Shown: positions 38,784-50,969 of the stretch, one piece after another
Layout: each line of letters opens with the position of its first letter
Position numbering within the stretch: the stretch's first letter is position 1
Assembly (NCBI GenBank): GCA_037481815.1
Contig: JBBFKX010000003.1
Coordinates: 32,001-96,000 of the forward strand
Source: a candidate division WOR-3 bacterium
Lineage (GTDB): Bacteria; Hydrothermota; 32-111
Direction of reading: 5' to 3'
DNA: 64,000 bases
The notes under the pieces: generated by a model
Seen by the model: only the letters and a program-made list of their open reading frames with translations
Told to the model about the DNA's origin: nothing
Database searches by the model: none
Program-made: the position numbers and the translations under genes

Positions 38784-40385
38784 TTATTTTATATCCCTTA
38801 TTATGTGTGGAGTGATGAAGATCAAAACTTCTTTGTTATTTTTTGTAGATATATCCCTTTTGAAAAGATTACCCAAAATCGGTATAGCCCTTAAAATTGG
38901 TATTCCACTTTCAGATCTCTGATCCTCTGTAAGGATGAAACCACCCATCACAACAGTTTCACCATCTGAAACCATCTGAACAGTTTTTGCCTGTGTCTTA
39001 TTTATTATTGGCTGTCCACCAGCATCAGCGGTAACAGTCGAAAGTTCCGCTTCTATTTCAAGAGTTATATCCTCTGCTGAGTTTACATGTGGTATCACAT
39101 TCAAAATTGTTCCCACTGTATATTTTGTATAATTAACTGTTCCATCAGTGTTTATAGTCGTTAGGAAAAATTCCTTTCCACCAAGAATATTCGCCTGTGT
39201 ATTGTTGGTTGTGGTTATCCTTGGATTTGAAACAGTTTTTGATTTTCCAACGACCTCAAGTGCATCGAGACGTGCGCTCAACTGTCCAAAATCTCTTGTT
39301 GTTCCTATTGTCACGGTTCCGGCTGTCATACTTGAAGGATCAACCCCTGGAATTCCTCCACCTATCGTCACCTGATTTATTCCCACATTGTTCAATGTCC
39401 ATGATATTCCAAGTTCTTTTGAATCGTTCAACTGGATCTCAACAACTTTTACAACGATTTCTACCTGGAGGTTTTTCTTATCCAGATCCTCTATAATACC
39501 CTGTATTCTGTTCTGAACATCCTGAATATCTTTCACGATTATCGAGTTTGTTCTTTCATCTATCGTTATGATACCTCTTTTCGATAGAACAGGTCTTAAA
39601 GAATTCTGTAAAATTTTTGGATTCGCAAATTCAAGTTTATATACCGTTGTTATCAAAGGTAACGCATCCTGCATCGCTGTTTGTTCGGATGAGAACTCTT
39701 TGTATGTTCCCACCCTTATCATATTTGGATACTCCTGATAGGTTAGTCCTGCTAACCTTGTTACCATATCAAAAATGTCTTTCCATGGAACATCTTTTAC
39801 ATGGATCGTGACTCTTCCGGTCACAGAACTTGATATTACAAGGTTTACTCCAACATAATCAGCGATTCCTCTTAACAGCGTCACAACATCAGCGTTTTCA
39901 ACATCGAGTGAGATCAAGAAATCTGAATTCTTTGATGTTACACCACCAGATTGTTCTTTGGATGTTGGTTTAGCGTTTGACGCTTTCCATACAGGGATAT
40001 CAGTGTTTACATTTTTATTCAGTTGAATAACGATATCGTTACCTTTATACTCCTTTGAATAAGCATACTTATCATCAGTTTCAATCATAACCCTTAAAAA
40101 GTTGGTCTCATAGTCCTTTATGATCTCAAACGAAATAATCCCTGAACCGTTGTTAACCTTATAGTATCCTCCATTTAATCCATTGTCTATACCTATAAGA
40201 TCGATAACGATCATGTTTGGTGAAGTTATCGAAAAATCTGTAAAATTGGCAACTTTATCAAGTGAAAATCTTATCTCCGTTTTTCCATTTTCAGTGTTAA
40301 CCGTTATATCGTTGAGAAGCCCAAGGGAAAAAGCTGAGATGGAGAGAAGAAAGACAAAGGACAAAATAAAAATTCTCTTAACCAT
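38784..40385 (-). CDS. pilQ: Type IV pilus secretin PilQ
   Basis: Signal peptide, AMIN-like N-domain, DERTNSIIV, GETVVMGG, SGIPILRAIPILGNLF, LIFITPHI. Confidence 0.92.
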   Translation of the reverse strand: MVKRIFILSFVFLLSISAFSLGLLNDITVNTENGKTEIRFSLDKVANFTDFSITSPNMIVIDLIGIDNGLNGGYYKVNNGSGIISFEIIKDYETNFLRVMIETDDKYAYSKEYKGNDIVIQLNKNVNTDIPVWKASNAKPTSKEQSGGVTSKNSDFLISLDVENADVVTLLRGIADYVGVNLVISSSVTGRVTIHVKDVPWKDIFDMVTRLAGLTYQEYPNMIRVGTYKEFSSEQTAMQDALPLITTVYKLEFANPKILQNSLRPVLSKRGIITIDERTNSIIVKDIQDVQNRIQGIIEDLDKKNLQVEIVVKVVEIQLNDSKELGISWTLNNVGINQVTIGGGIPGVDPSSMTAGTVTIGTTRDFGQLSARLDALEVVGKSKTVSNPRITTTNNTQANILGGKEFFLTTINTDGTVNYTKYTVGTILNVIPHVNSAEDITLEIEAELSTVTADAGGQPIINKTQAKTVQMVSDGETVVMGGFILTEDQRSESGIPILRAIPILGNLFKRDISTKNNKEVLIFITPHIIRDIK

Positions 40386-40393
40386 TTATTACC

Positions 40394-40972
40394 TCACTTT
40401 TTTTTCTTTGTATCAACAGTTTTAACCAATTTGATCACTTTATTTCTGACGACTCCATATTCATCCAACTTAAAGATCACAGAGTCCTGTTCTATTTTTA
40501 AAAGAATACCATTTTTTATCTTCTGTCCCTCATAAAATATGAACCCAAGCCCAGAAGCATCTTTCAACAAAGCAAGTTTTCCGTTTTTTCCTTTGATCAT
40601 TCCATAATACATTGCACTTTCAATATCGATCTGTACTTTTCCATCCCTCTGCTGTTCAAGTATTGAGACGAAAGGATCATTCTTTGTCTTTGTTTTGAAT
40701 GTGTATGTTTCAATAGTAAAAGGAAGTGCTGAGGTAGTATCGTATGGTAAAGAATCAATAACTTGCTCTTCTATATCAGTTTTTACAACATTCGTGTCAG
40801 TTGTTGAAACGATATTCTCTGTTGCTTTCACATCCTTTTTAGAGGTCAGGGCATTCGATGATTTTTCAATCGCTGAATTCACAGGATTGCCTCTTGAACA
40901 GGAGATCAAGAAAAATAGAACGATCATAATTGAAAAAAGAAGGGTTGATTTACTATTTTTTCTTTTTAACAT
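40394..40972 (-). CDS. pilP: PilP-like lipoprotein
   Basis: Lipobox LISC, NDPF motif, position between pilO and pilQ. Confidence 0.7.
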   Translation of the reverse strand: MLKRKNSKSTLLFSIMIVLFFLISCSRGNPVNSAIEKSSNALTSKKDVKATENIVSTTDTNVVKTDIEEQVIDSLPYDTTSALPFTIETYTFKTKTKNDPFVSILEQQRDGKVQIDIESAMYYGMIKGKNGKLALLKDASGLGFIFYEGQKIKNGILLKIEQDSVIFKLDEYGVVRNKVIKLVKTVDTKKKK

Positions 40973-41546
40973 TTTTACCTTCCTCTGTTTTTGTTTGGGC
41001 TCCTGGACCTTTATAGTAAGTTGACAAAGTTAGCACAGTTTGAATCGTACTGAGATTTTCATCAGGATTTTTTAAAGGTTTAATCGAAATACTGTTAACC
41101 TTCGTTATCCTTTTCTGGTTTCCCATATCCGTTAAAAACAATCCAAGAGAAGAAAAATTTGAGTTGAGTGTTATTTCATGGTTGATACTTGCATACTCGT
41201 TTGTCACTGATACATTCAAAGGTTTTATGTTCATTATTTTTACATTATTTTTGTTGGCATAAACGGTTAAACTGTCAAGAGCATCTTCAAGTAGTTGTGA
41301 ATCTGGAAGCATTTTGTTTGCGATTTTCAACTGATTTTCAAGTACCTTTAACCTTTTCGTGTACTCAACCAAACTTGCTGCAACCTTTCTTGCTTCATTA
41401 ACCTGAGTGTTCAGTTTATCGTTTTCAGCTTTAAGTTGAGAAATGGTTTTTGAATTTTTTGAATAATCAAATTTCCAGTATAGAAAGAGGATCGCTATCA
41501 GAACAACGACGGTTATTATAGTTTTTATTAAATTATTTTTTTCCAT
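40953..41546 (-). CDS. pilO: Type IV pilus assembly protein PilO
   Basis: N-terminal TM, coiled coil, MLPD, FSSLGLFL; operon position. Confidence 0.85.
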   Translation of the reverse strand: MEKNNLIKTIITVVVLIAILFLYWKFDYSKNSKTISQLKAENDKLNTQVNEARKVAASLVEYTKRLKVLENQLKIANKMLPDSQLLEDALDSLTVYANKNNVKIMNIKPLNVSVTNEYASINHEITLNSNFSSLGLFLTDMGNQKRITKVNSISIKPLKNPDENLSTIQTVLTLSTYYKGPGAQTKTEEGKNVKKKK

Positions 41547-41555
41547 CTGCCACCC

Positions 41556-42134
41556 CTATTTTTTGTAGGTACAATTTATTTCAAAAGAGATTATATCGTA
41601 GCCACCCTCTGGTTTGTTAACAATATCCTTTAAAGTGAAGTTATCAAAATATTCTGTTTCTTTTTTCAGATTTGTTAAAAGATCGGTTATCATAAGGTTT
41701 GAAAAAGTTTTTCCTTTCAAAATTAACCTTTTATCTTTTACGGTCAATTCTTCGAGCCAGACATATTCAGGTAAAAGTTGGTTTATTTTATCAAGAAGTT
41801 GAGCATAAGCAAATTTTCCAGATATAAGATTTTTTATTGTTTCCATTTTGGCATTTATTTCACTCTCTTTCTGTTTCATCTTTTCAACCTTCGCAACCTC
41901 TTCCTGTAATTTTTTAAGTTCATTCTGTTTTTCAGTTATTTTCTTCTTTAACTGGTTTATCTGCCCAACCTGAGAGAAATGTATTATAAAAATAATGATG
42001 AAGAGGAGAACCGCAACACCAATTGAAACAAAAAATCCGAGATTAGTCGGGATCTTGATACCGATTTTTGGTATTCCACCCTCACTCTTCTTTCGCTTTC
42101 TTTCCTCTTCTGGTAGTAAATTTATCTCTATCAT
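41556..42134 (-). CDS. pilN: Type IV pilus assembly protein PilN
   Basis: IEINLLP motif, TM, coiled coil, LPEYVWL. Confidence 0.9.
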   Translation of the reverse strand: MIEINLLPEEERKRKKSEGGIPKIGIKIPTNLGFFVSIGVAVLLFIIIFIIHFSQVGQINQLKKKITEKQNELKKLQEEVAKVEKMKQKESEINAKMETIKNLISGKFAYAQLLDKINQLLPEYVWLEELTVKDKRLILKGKTFSNLMITDLLTNLKKETEYFDNFTLKDIVNKPEGGYDIISFEINCTYKK

Positions 42135-42147
42135 CTTTACCTCTCTT

Positions 42148-43176
42148 TTAAGGATTTCTTAAACTCAAACCTATTGAGGGAACAAGTAACGGTGATATTT
42201 TTTCAACTTCTTCAAGAGTCAGAAGACCTTCTTTGATTTTTACTTTTCTGAAAGGATCAAGTTTTTCGACATTGATTTCAAACCTGTTTTTAAAATAATC
42301 GAGAATTTCAGGTCCATTCGCTCCACCGCCTGATATAAAAATTTTATCTATCTTCTCCCTGTTTGTGAATGGGATAGCCCTTTCTATATGGGTACAGAGT
42401 TCATCGTAGAACGACTCAAGACCTTCTTTAATCTTATCCTCAGAAATCTCGTTTAAAGTTTCTCCTTTGAAAACTTTATCGAGTTGGTCTTTTGTTATTC
42501 CGGGAATCTTCTGCAATAACGACTTTATCGCAGTTGTAACATCTCTTGTGAAAAGATTGTTTGTTCCATCAATAAAACTCAATATTGTGTTCTCATAACC
42601 GATATGAACGAGAGTAACTATCTCATTTGGAACTGGATCATAGTTCGCTTCAAAGCAATTCTGGATTGTGAACGCTGGTACATCGATAACACAGGGGTTA
42701 AGTTCCATATCCTTAATGAGTGTAACAAATGGATAGAGTATCTCTTTTTTCGCAGCTACGAGCAAAACATCGACTTTTCCCTGTTCTTCAGAAGGTCCTA
42801 AAACTTTGTAATCAAGTTGAACATCCTCAATACTGTATGGAATATTCGTTTCTGCTTCCTGTCTTACCATAATCGAGAGTTCACTATCCTTCATCTGATC
42901 CATTTTTAACTTTTTAACTATAACACCTCTTCCGATCAAAGCACACGAAACATCCTTTTCTTTCACATCCCTTGATACCAAAAGATTTTTTACAGTGTCG
43001 ACCAATTGCAACCTATCCATTATTTCACCATCGGCGATTGCAATATCGGAAAGTTCTGAGAAACCAAAATCCTTCAATACCGGTTCACCTGAAGAAAGAT
43101 CAATGATTGAGTATTTTATAAACGAACTTCCAATGTCGAGACCAAGATAAGTTTTTTTTCTTTTTTTAAAAGCCAT
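42148..43176 (-). CDS. pilM: Type IV pilus assembly protein PilM
   Basis: LGLDIGSSFIK actin-like motif, LLVAAKK, ISGGGA. Confidence 0.92.
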   Translation of the reverse strand: MAFKKRKKTYLGLDIGSSFIKYSIIDLSSGEPVLKDFGFSELSDIAIADGEIMDRLQLVDTVKNLLVSRDVKEKDVSCALIGRGVIVKKLKMDQMKDSELSIMVRQEAETNIPYSIEDVQLDYKVLGPSEEQGKVDVLLVAAKKEILYPFVTLIKDMELNPCVIDVPAFTIQNCFEANYDPVPNEIVTLVHIGYENTILSFIDGTNNLFTRDVTTAIKSLLQKIPGITKDQLDKVFKGETLNEISEDKIKEGLESFYDELCTHIERAIPFTNREKIDKIFISGGGANGPEILDYFKNRFEINVEKLDPFRKVKIKEGLLTLEEVEKISPLLVPSIGLSLRNP

Positions 43177-43188
43177 AAAACCACCTTT

Positions 43189-43374
43189 TTATCCTTCAAT
43201 AAATTTTTTTATTTCCCTTCCTTCTATGTACCACTTTTTCCCTATCTTTTTTCCTTTCAGAAGTTTCATCTTTAAATGTTTTCGAACCGTCTGTTCGGTA
43301 ACATTTAAAATCTCAGCAACCTCTGATACTGTATACAATTTGTTTTCATCTATCTGTGATGGAATGACTGCCAT
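43189..43374 (-). CDS. Xis/BldC-like (HTH_17) small DNA-binding protein
   Basis: LYTVSEVAEILNVTEQTVRK...LKGKKIGKKWYI; GAGGG RBS. Confidence 0.85.
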   Translation of the reverse strand: MAVIPSQIDENKLYTVSEVAEILNVTEQTVRKHLKMKLLKGKKIGKKWYIEGREIKKFIEG

Positions 43375-43382
43375 ATATCCCT

Positions 43383-43432
43383 CTTTTTGTATTTTTTTGT
43401 GTTTTTATACATACTTGTATATATTTATACAC
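43383..43432 (-). repeat. Five degenerate 10-bp tandem repeats upstream of the HTH gene
   Basis: Minus strand GTGTATAAAT/ATATACAAGT/ATGTATAAAA/ACACAAAAAA/ATACAAAAAG. Confidence 0.55.
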
Positions 43433-43451
43433 ATTTTATCCACAATGTCAA
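43424..43451 (-). promoter_or_regulatory. Putative promoter of HTH-pilMNOPQ (TTGACA-16-TATAAA)
   Basis: tgtcaa 43446-43451; a second TTGACA lies 40 bp upstream at 43486-43491. Confidence 0.5.
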
Positions 43452-43611
43452 TAGGTTAAAACCATTTTTAAGATTTTTTTGTAAGTGTCAATTTGTTTAT
43501 AATTTTAACAAATAACTTTTATTCGAAAACACTTTTCAATAAAAGACCCTAAAAGATTATAAAAATTTTTATAAAGATCTAAAAAATTTGTTTCTGCTAA
43601 AATGTGGATAA
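43425..43611. promoter_or_regulatory. Cluster of DnaA-box consensus sites
   Basis: TTATACACA 43425-43433, TTATCCACA 43436-43444, TGTGGATAA 43603-43611; near match TTATACATA 43405-43413. Confidence 0.6.
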
Positions 43612-43619
43612 CTTTTTTC

Positions 43620-43647
43620 TTGATATTTTTTCAATTTTTTCTAAAAT
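43620..43647 (+). promoter_or_regulatory. Putative promoter of the GAF gene (TTGATA-16-TAAAAT)
   Basis: Upstream of the AAGGGG RBS and ATG 43667. Confidence 0.5.
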
Positions 43648-43666
43648 GTTAAAAAGGGGTAATTTT

Positions 43667-44119
43667 ATGGAAAAAGAAAAAATCTATGTAGAGGTAATTG
43701 AAAAGATAAAAAGAATAGAAGGAAAAGATAAAAGAACAGTTTTGAAAAAAATAACAGAGATCCTTCAGGAGAGTTTCAAAGATTTTGATTGGGTTGGATT
43801 TTATCTCGTTGAGGATGGAAAACTCATACTTTCTGAGTTTGTCGGTGAACCAACAGTACATACAAAAATAAATTTTGGAGAAGGGATATGTGGACAGGCA
43901 GCTGAAAGTCAAAAAACCTTTATAGTGCAGGATGTTTCAAAAGAAAAGAATTATCTTTCATGTTCTCCAAAAGTGAAATCTGAAATCGTTGTACCAATTT
44001 TTAAAGATCAAAAAATCGTAGGAGAACTTGATATAGATTCACACACGCTAAACGCTTTCGATGAAATCGATAAAGAAAATCTTGAAAAGATATGTAAATA
44101 TCTTGAAAAACTTTTTTAA
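43667..44119 (+). CDS. GAF-domain protein, free methionine-R-sulfoxide reductase (MsrC/YebR)-like
   Basis: WVGFY, GICG, YLSC, SEIVVP, ELDIDS. Confidence 0.85.
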   Translation: MEKEKIYVEVIEKIKRIEGKDKRTVLKKITEILQESFKDFDWVGFYLVEDGKLILSEFVGEPTVHTKINFGEGICGQAAESQKTFIVQDVSKEKNYLSCSPKVKSEIVVPIFKDQKIVGELDIDSHTLNAFDEIDKENLEKICKYLEKLF

Positions 44120-44697
44120 TAGATCACAGAATCAAGGTAAAAAAATCTTTCATCTTTTTTGAATCCAACTATTCCATTTTCAAAGTTTAAAATGAAACTA
44201 TAAACTAAGGTTGTTTCTTTCTGTTCAAGGTTCATAACAATTTTTATCGTAACAAAGTATGATGAATCATACTTTTTGTTTTTATACTCAAAAGTTTTTA
44301 CAGAATCGACCCTACAAAGGTATTTATATTTAAAATCGTTATTTTCATAAGTTTCATAAGTTTTTTGATCCTTTAATAGATATGTTGGAAAAAATGGTAT
44401 ATCAAAATAGAATCCTTCGAAAAAAATCCTTTTATACTCAAAATCTCCAAAATGGTAGAAAAAATTTTCTTTCTCATCAAAATTGTATCTTTTATATTTA
44501 AGTCCCTCTATTATCGTATCACCCGTAAACTGGATGGTTGAGATGTTGTTCTGTTGATCTGAATAGTATCTTATGGTATATTTTGTCTCCTCCATTAAAA
44601 AACTTCCACCTGTTTTCTCCACTATATCATAATCAAGATTACAGTTAGAATTGAGTAAACAAAATACTAAGATCAAAAGTAAAACTATCTTTTCCAT
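44116..44697 (-). CDS. Hypothetical exported protein/lipoprotein
   Basis: Signal-like MEKIVLLLILVFCLLNSNC; beta-rich and aromatic. Confidence 0.6.
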   Translation of the reverse strand: MEKIVLLLILVFCLLNSNCNLDYDIVEKTGGSFLMEETKYTIRYYSDQQNNISTIQFTGDTIIEGLKYKRYNFDEKENFFYHFGDFEYKRIFFEGFYFDIPFFPTYLLKDQKTYETYENNDFKYKYLCRVDSVKTFEYKNKKYDSSYFVTIKIVMNLEQKETTLVYSFILNFENGIVGFKKDERFFYLDSVIY

Positions 44698-45274
44698 TTA
44701 TAATTTTCTCCCTTGAATATCCAAAAGAAATTCCCCAGAAAGATTCAAAAAAGTTATAAAAAAATTTTATTGAAGGTGATAAGAATTCACAAAAACCCCT
44801 TTCAACATAATCGTAATCTCTTTTCTCTATTAAAGAGATACCGATATTCGTAAAAAAATCAATTCTATAACTATTTCTGCTAACGAGATGAAAAGTGTAT
44901 CCTGTTCCAAGATTTAAAAAATTAACACGATATGTTTCTTTATAAGTTTTAAAGGAAAAGAGTTCTCCGTTTAAAGAAAAAGAAAAATTTTTAAAGTTTA
45001 GTGTTTGATAATCTATTTTTAAACCGTTACCATTTCTCAAATAGTATGACCACTCACCGAAAGGAATTTTTGTTGTAAAAGAAATTTCAAGATCTTTCGA
45101 AAAAACTTTTGTATCAGCAAAGAAAAAGAATAAAAAAACAAGTAAAAAAATTTGGGCGAAACAGGATTCGAACCTGTGACCTCCTGCTTGTAAGGCAGGC
45201 GCTCTCACCAACTGAGCTATCCGCCCTTTTTTAAAGAAAGGTATTATATTTATTTTTTTTGATTCAGTCAACAT
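44645..45274 (-). CDS. Hypothetical outer-membrane-type protein whose reading frame overlaps tRNA-Val; start uncertain
   Basis: Hydrophobic signal-like segment right after the tRNA, beta-strand pattern, C-terminal Phe; open frame back to ATG 45274 with a GAGGT RBS. Confidence 0.5.
   Translation of the reverse strand: MLTESKKINIIPFFKKGRIAQLVRAPALQAGGHRFESCFAQIFLLVFLFFFFADTKVFSKDLEISFTTKIPFGEWSYYLRNGNGLKIDYQTLNFKNFSFSLNGELFSFKTYKETYRVNFLNLGTGYTFHLVSRNSYRIDFFTNIGISLIEKRDYDYVERGFCEFLSPSIKFFYNFFESFWGISFGYSREKIINGKDSFTFDLSILFTQF
45153..45226 (-). tRNA. tRNA-Val (anticodon TAC), CCA not encoded
   Basis: GGGCGGATAGCTCAGTTGGTGAGAGCGCCTGCCTTACAAGCAGGAGGTCACAGGTTCGAATCCTGTTTCGCCCA folds as a cloverleaf. 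Confidence 0.97.
45243..45271 (-). promoter_or_regulatory. Sigma70 promoter of tRNA-Val (TTGACT-17-TATAAT)
   Basis: agtcaa 45266-45271 and attata 45243-45248. Confidence 0.75.
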
Positions 45275-45280
45275 AAATCT

Positions 45281-46591
45281 TTACCTCAGATCAGTAAAAT
45301 CACCTTTACAAACTTCAACTGTGCCCTCTTTTATAATTTTTTCAATCCTGTATGCACCCATCGTCGGAGCTCTCATATAACCATCCCATGCTGCTTCTGC
45401 ATATCTTCCACTTTCAAGAACATAGAAGAGCCAGTCGTTAACATATTCAGGTTCATCCTGAGCAAAACCTGATCCTATGTGTGTTAACCATCTCTGGTTG
45501 AAATGTTCATGTGCCCCAACTGGAGGTGCTATGATTACTGGAAGGCCCAATGCAGTATAAAAAGATAACTCTGAAGGTTTTGTCCATATGATATCAACAT
45601 TTCTTAGTTCTCTGTTGAAAGTTTCAAAATATGACATTTTTGATCTTTCAAAAATTATTTTTACATTCTCGTTTTTGTTTAAAAAAATTTTTTCAAGTTC
45701 AATTTCAAAATAATTTTTTACATCCTCTCTTATCCCCGCCACAAGAATCACCTTAACTTTTCCATCTTTTATTTTATCTCTCAAGGAATTCACTATCTTA
45801 ATGCCAATATCTTTTTGAGCACCAGCACCTCCAACCATATAACATATAGTTAAAGGTCTTTCAACTTTAGAAGGTATTTGCCCAAGATATTTTTCGATAA
45901 TATCTTTATAAACACTTATAAACCTTTCTTTAGGATCAAGCACTTTTATTCTTTTTAAAAGATCCTCTTTCAAGATTTCCTGATTTTCACCTATATTCTC
46001 TTTTGGTAACGGAAAACCTGTGATAAAGATATTACAACTATCAACACCATATTTCAAAAGTCTCATCGAAGCGTGCCTTGTCGGAGTTAAAAATTTAATT
46101 TTAGATTTTTTTGGATCATCTGCAACCCACACTCGGTTGATATCAGTATCGGTTATGATTGAAAAAATTTTTTCAAAACCATTGTAATCTGCAGCAAGAG
46201 ATGGAATGAAATGTGTTGTTATTATAGGTATATCTTTTTCTTTTAGATGTTCAAGCAATTCTTTACAAAGCCCCATCTTCACGAGTGTCTTTAAAAAATA
46301 AACATTTCCATTTGGATTTTCCAGTTTGTTAAAAGGATAAAAAGGTGAAATAGATTGCAACTTATCATAAATATTGAATATAGAACTTCCAATAAAAGGA
46401 ATGTTTTTGGCTCTTGAGACAGCTTCATAACCGGATTGTGATGCTCTCCAAAGAAATCGTTCTTTCCAATTTGAAACATAATCAGTGTTTGCCGTCAATA
46501 TTTTTTCTTCCGCAATATCCTTTAAGGGATAAGCGGCCCTCTGATGCCCATACCCCATATCAACAGATAGAACCCATGCTTTTTTTTCCAT
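45281..46591 (-). CDS. GT-B glycosyltransferase-like protein (MGDG synthase/MurG-related, DUF6938-like)
   Basis: DMGYGHQRAA, ITDTD, TGFPLP, WTKPSELSF, PVGAHE. Confidence 0.65.
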   Translation of the reverse strand: MEKKAWVLSVDMGYGHQRAAYPLKDIAEEKILTANTDYVSNWKERFLWRASQSGYEAVSRAKNIPFIGSSIFNIYDKLQSISPFYPFNKLENPNGNVYFLKTLVKMGLCKELLEHLKEKDIPIITTHFIPSLAADYNGFEKIFSIITDTDINRVWVADDPKKSKIKFLTPTRHASMRLLKYGVDSCNIFITGFPLPKENIGENQEILKEDLLKRIKVLDPKERFISVYKDIIEKYLGQIPSKVERPLTICYMVGGAGAQKDIGIKIVNSLRDKIKDGKVKVILVAGIREDVKNYFEIELEKIFLNKNENVKIIFERSKMSYFETFNRELRNVDIIWTKPSELSFYTALGLPVIIAPPVGAHEHFNQRWLTHIGSGFAQDEPEYVNDWLFYVLESGRYAEAAWDGYMRAPTMGAYRIEKIIKEGTVEVCKGDFTDLR

Positions 46592-46593
46592 AC

Positions 46594-46881
46594 TTATTGC
46601 CTTTTTAAAATTTTTTCATCCTTTCCTATCATGTTCAAATTCTCTCTTACAATCTTTTCAATATAATTCTTATCATTTTTTAAAAGATATATCTTTCTTC
46701 TCAAAAGAATGTTTTCAACCTGAGTTTTTTTTAACTGATACTTAAGATTTCTTTCATCAATTTTAGATTTCAAAAGATAGACGATACCCATTTTTGGTTG
46801 AAAGAATAAAAAAAGCAAAGAGATGGTAAAGAGCATCAAAAAAAATTTAATAAAACTTTTATTGGTTTTTCTGTTTAACAT
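46594..46881 (-). CDS. ftsB: Septum formation initiator (FtsB/DivIC)
   Basis: TM + coiled coil + YIEKIVRENLNM; follows eno. Confidence 0.8.
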   Translation of the reverse strand: MLNRKTNKSFIKFFLMLFTISLLFLFFQPKMGIVYLLKSKIDERNLKYQLKKTQVENILLRRKIYLLKNDKNYIEKIVRENLNMIGKDEKILKRQ

Positions 46882-49580
<2,699 letters not shown>

Positions 49581-49588
<8 letters not shown>

Positions 49589-50969
49589 TCTTTTTTATCT
49601 CCTGTTCAATGATTTGTGCCCATTCAAGAAGGTTGTCATCATCATTTCTTTTTACAACAAATTGAATCCCGATGGGAAGTTTTTGATAGTATCCACAGTT
49701 TATGTTTATCGCTGGAACATTTGCGAGATTTGCGAATGCTGTTAAAGAATCTGAAAGGTGCATCCTCACCGGGTCATCCACCCTCTCTCCGATTTTAAAA
49801 GGTAAAGAGAGTGAGGTTGGTAAGACCATCATATCATATTTTTCAAATATCCTGTCAACACTGTTTGAAATGTAATCTCTGAGTTTGAAAGATAAAGAGT
49901 AATACTTCCCATTTTCATACATTAAAAGATATGTCCCGGTCATTATCCTTCTTTTAACCTCTTTTCCAAAGCCCTCTCCCCTTACCTTTGAATATACATC
50001 GAAAAGATCCTGTCCTGAAACTTTTTGCAAACCATACTTTATTCCATCATATCTTGCAAGGTTTGAAGATGCTTCACACATAGTTTGTATTTTATATGCT
50101 GCCATCGATAGATCTATAAAATCAAGTGTAACAGGTTCCACTAAAAAACCCATAGTTTCAAGTTTTGAACAAACTTGTTCATAAAGTTCCGTAACTTTTG
50201 GATCAGCATGTGGAATCTGTTTCACATAACATATTTTCTTTAAATCTCTTTTCTCACATTTAAAATCATCAACAGTACTATCATGCTCGTCAACACCTCT
50301 TATAACATTGAAAACCTTTTTACAATCTGAAACATTTTTTGTTAATATTCCAACAGTATCGAGTGATGAAGAGAACGCAACAAGTCCATACCTTGATATT
50401 TTCCCATAGGTTGGTTTAAAACCTACAACACCACAGAATGAAGCCGGTTGTCTGACAGATCCTCCGGTATCTGATCCTATAGAGAAAGAAGAATGGTCCG
50501 AAGCCACAGATGCAGCACTCCCACCACTTGACCCACCAGGAACAAAATCTTTTTCACAGGGATTTTTTACAACTCCAAAATAGGATGTTTCATTCGAAGA
50601 ACCCATTGCAAACTCGTCAAGATTGTTTTTTCCTATAAGAATCGCTCCCGCTTTTTTCAACCTTTTGTAAACTGTTGAATCGTATGGGCTTACAAAATCT
50701 GATAAAATTTTCGAACCACATGTCATTCTGAGTCCCTTTACTGCAAAGTTATCTTTAAGTGAAAATGGTATTCCATCAAGATCTGAAAGTGTTTCTCCTT
50801 TTTCATATCTTTTCTCTGAAAGATACGCCTGCTCGTATGCAATATTTTTAGATAGAGTTATAAAATCGTTGAGTTGATCCCTTTCAATTTTTTCATAGAC
50901 AAGATCAACCATTTTTACAGGAGAATCCTCTTTGGTTTCAAAAGATTTTTTCAAACGGTCGATATTCAT
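49581..50969 (-). CDS. gatA: Asp/Glu-tRNA amidotransferase subunit A
   Basis: PGGSSGGSAA, GSDTGGSVRQPA, SSNLARYDG. Confidence 0.97.

Noticed and set aside
43189..43374. Excisionase as evidence of a prophage or ICE
   Set aside because: No integrase, att repeats or phage genes; the gene heads pilMNOPQ.
44116..45226. Genomic island integrated at tRNA-Val
   Set aside because: No integrase, and I saw no duplicate of the tRNA 3' end in the window.
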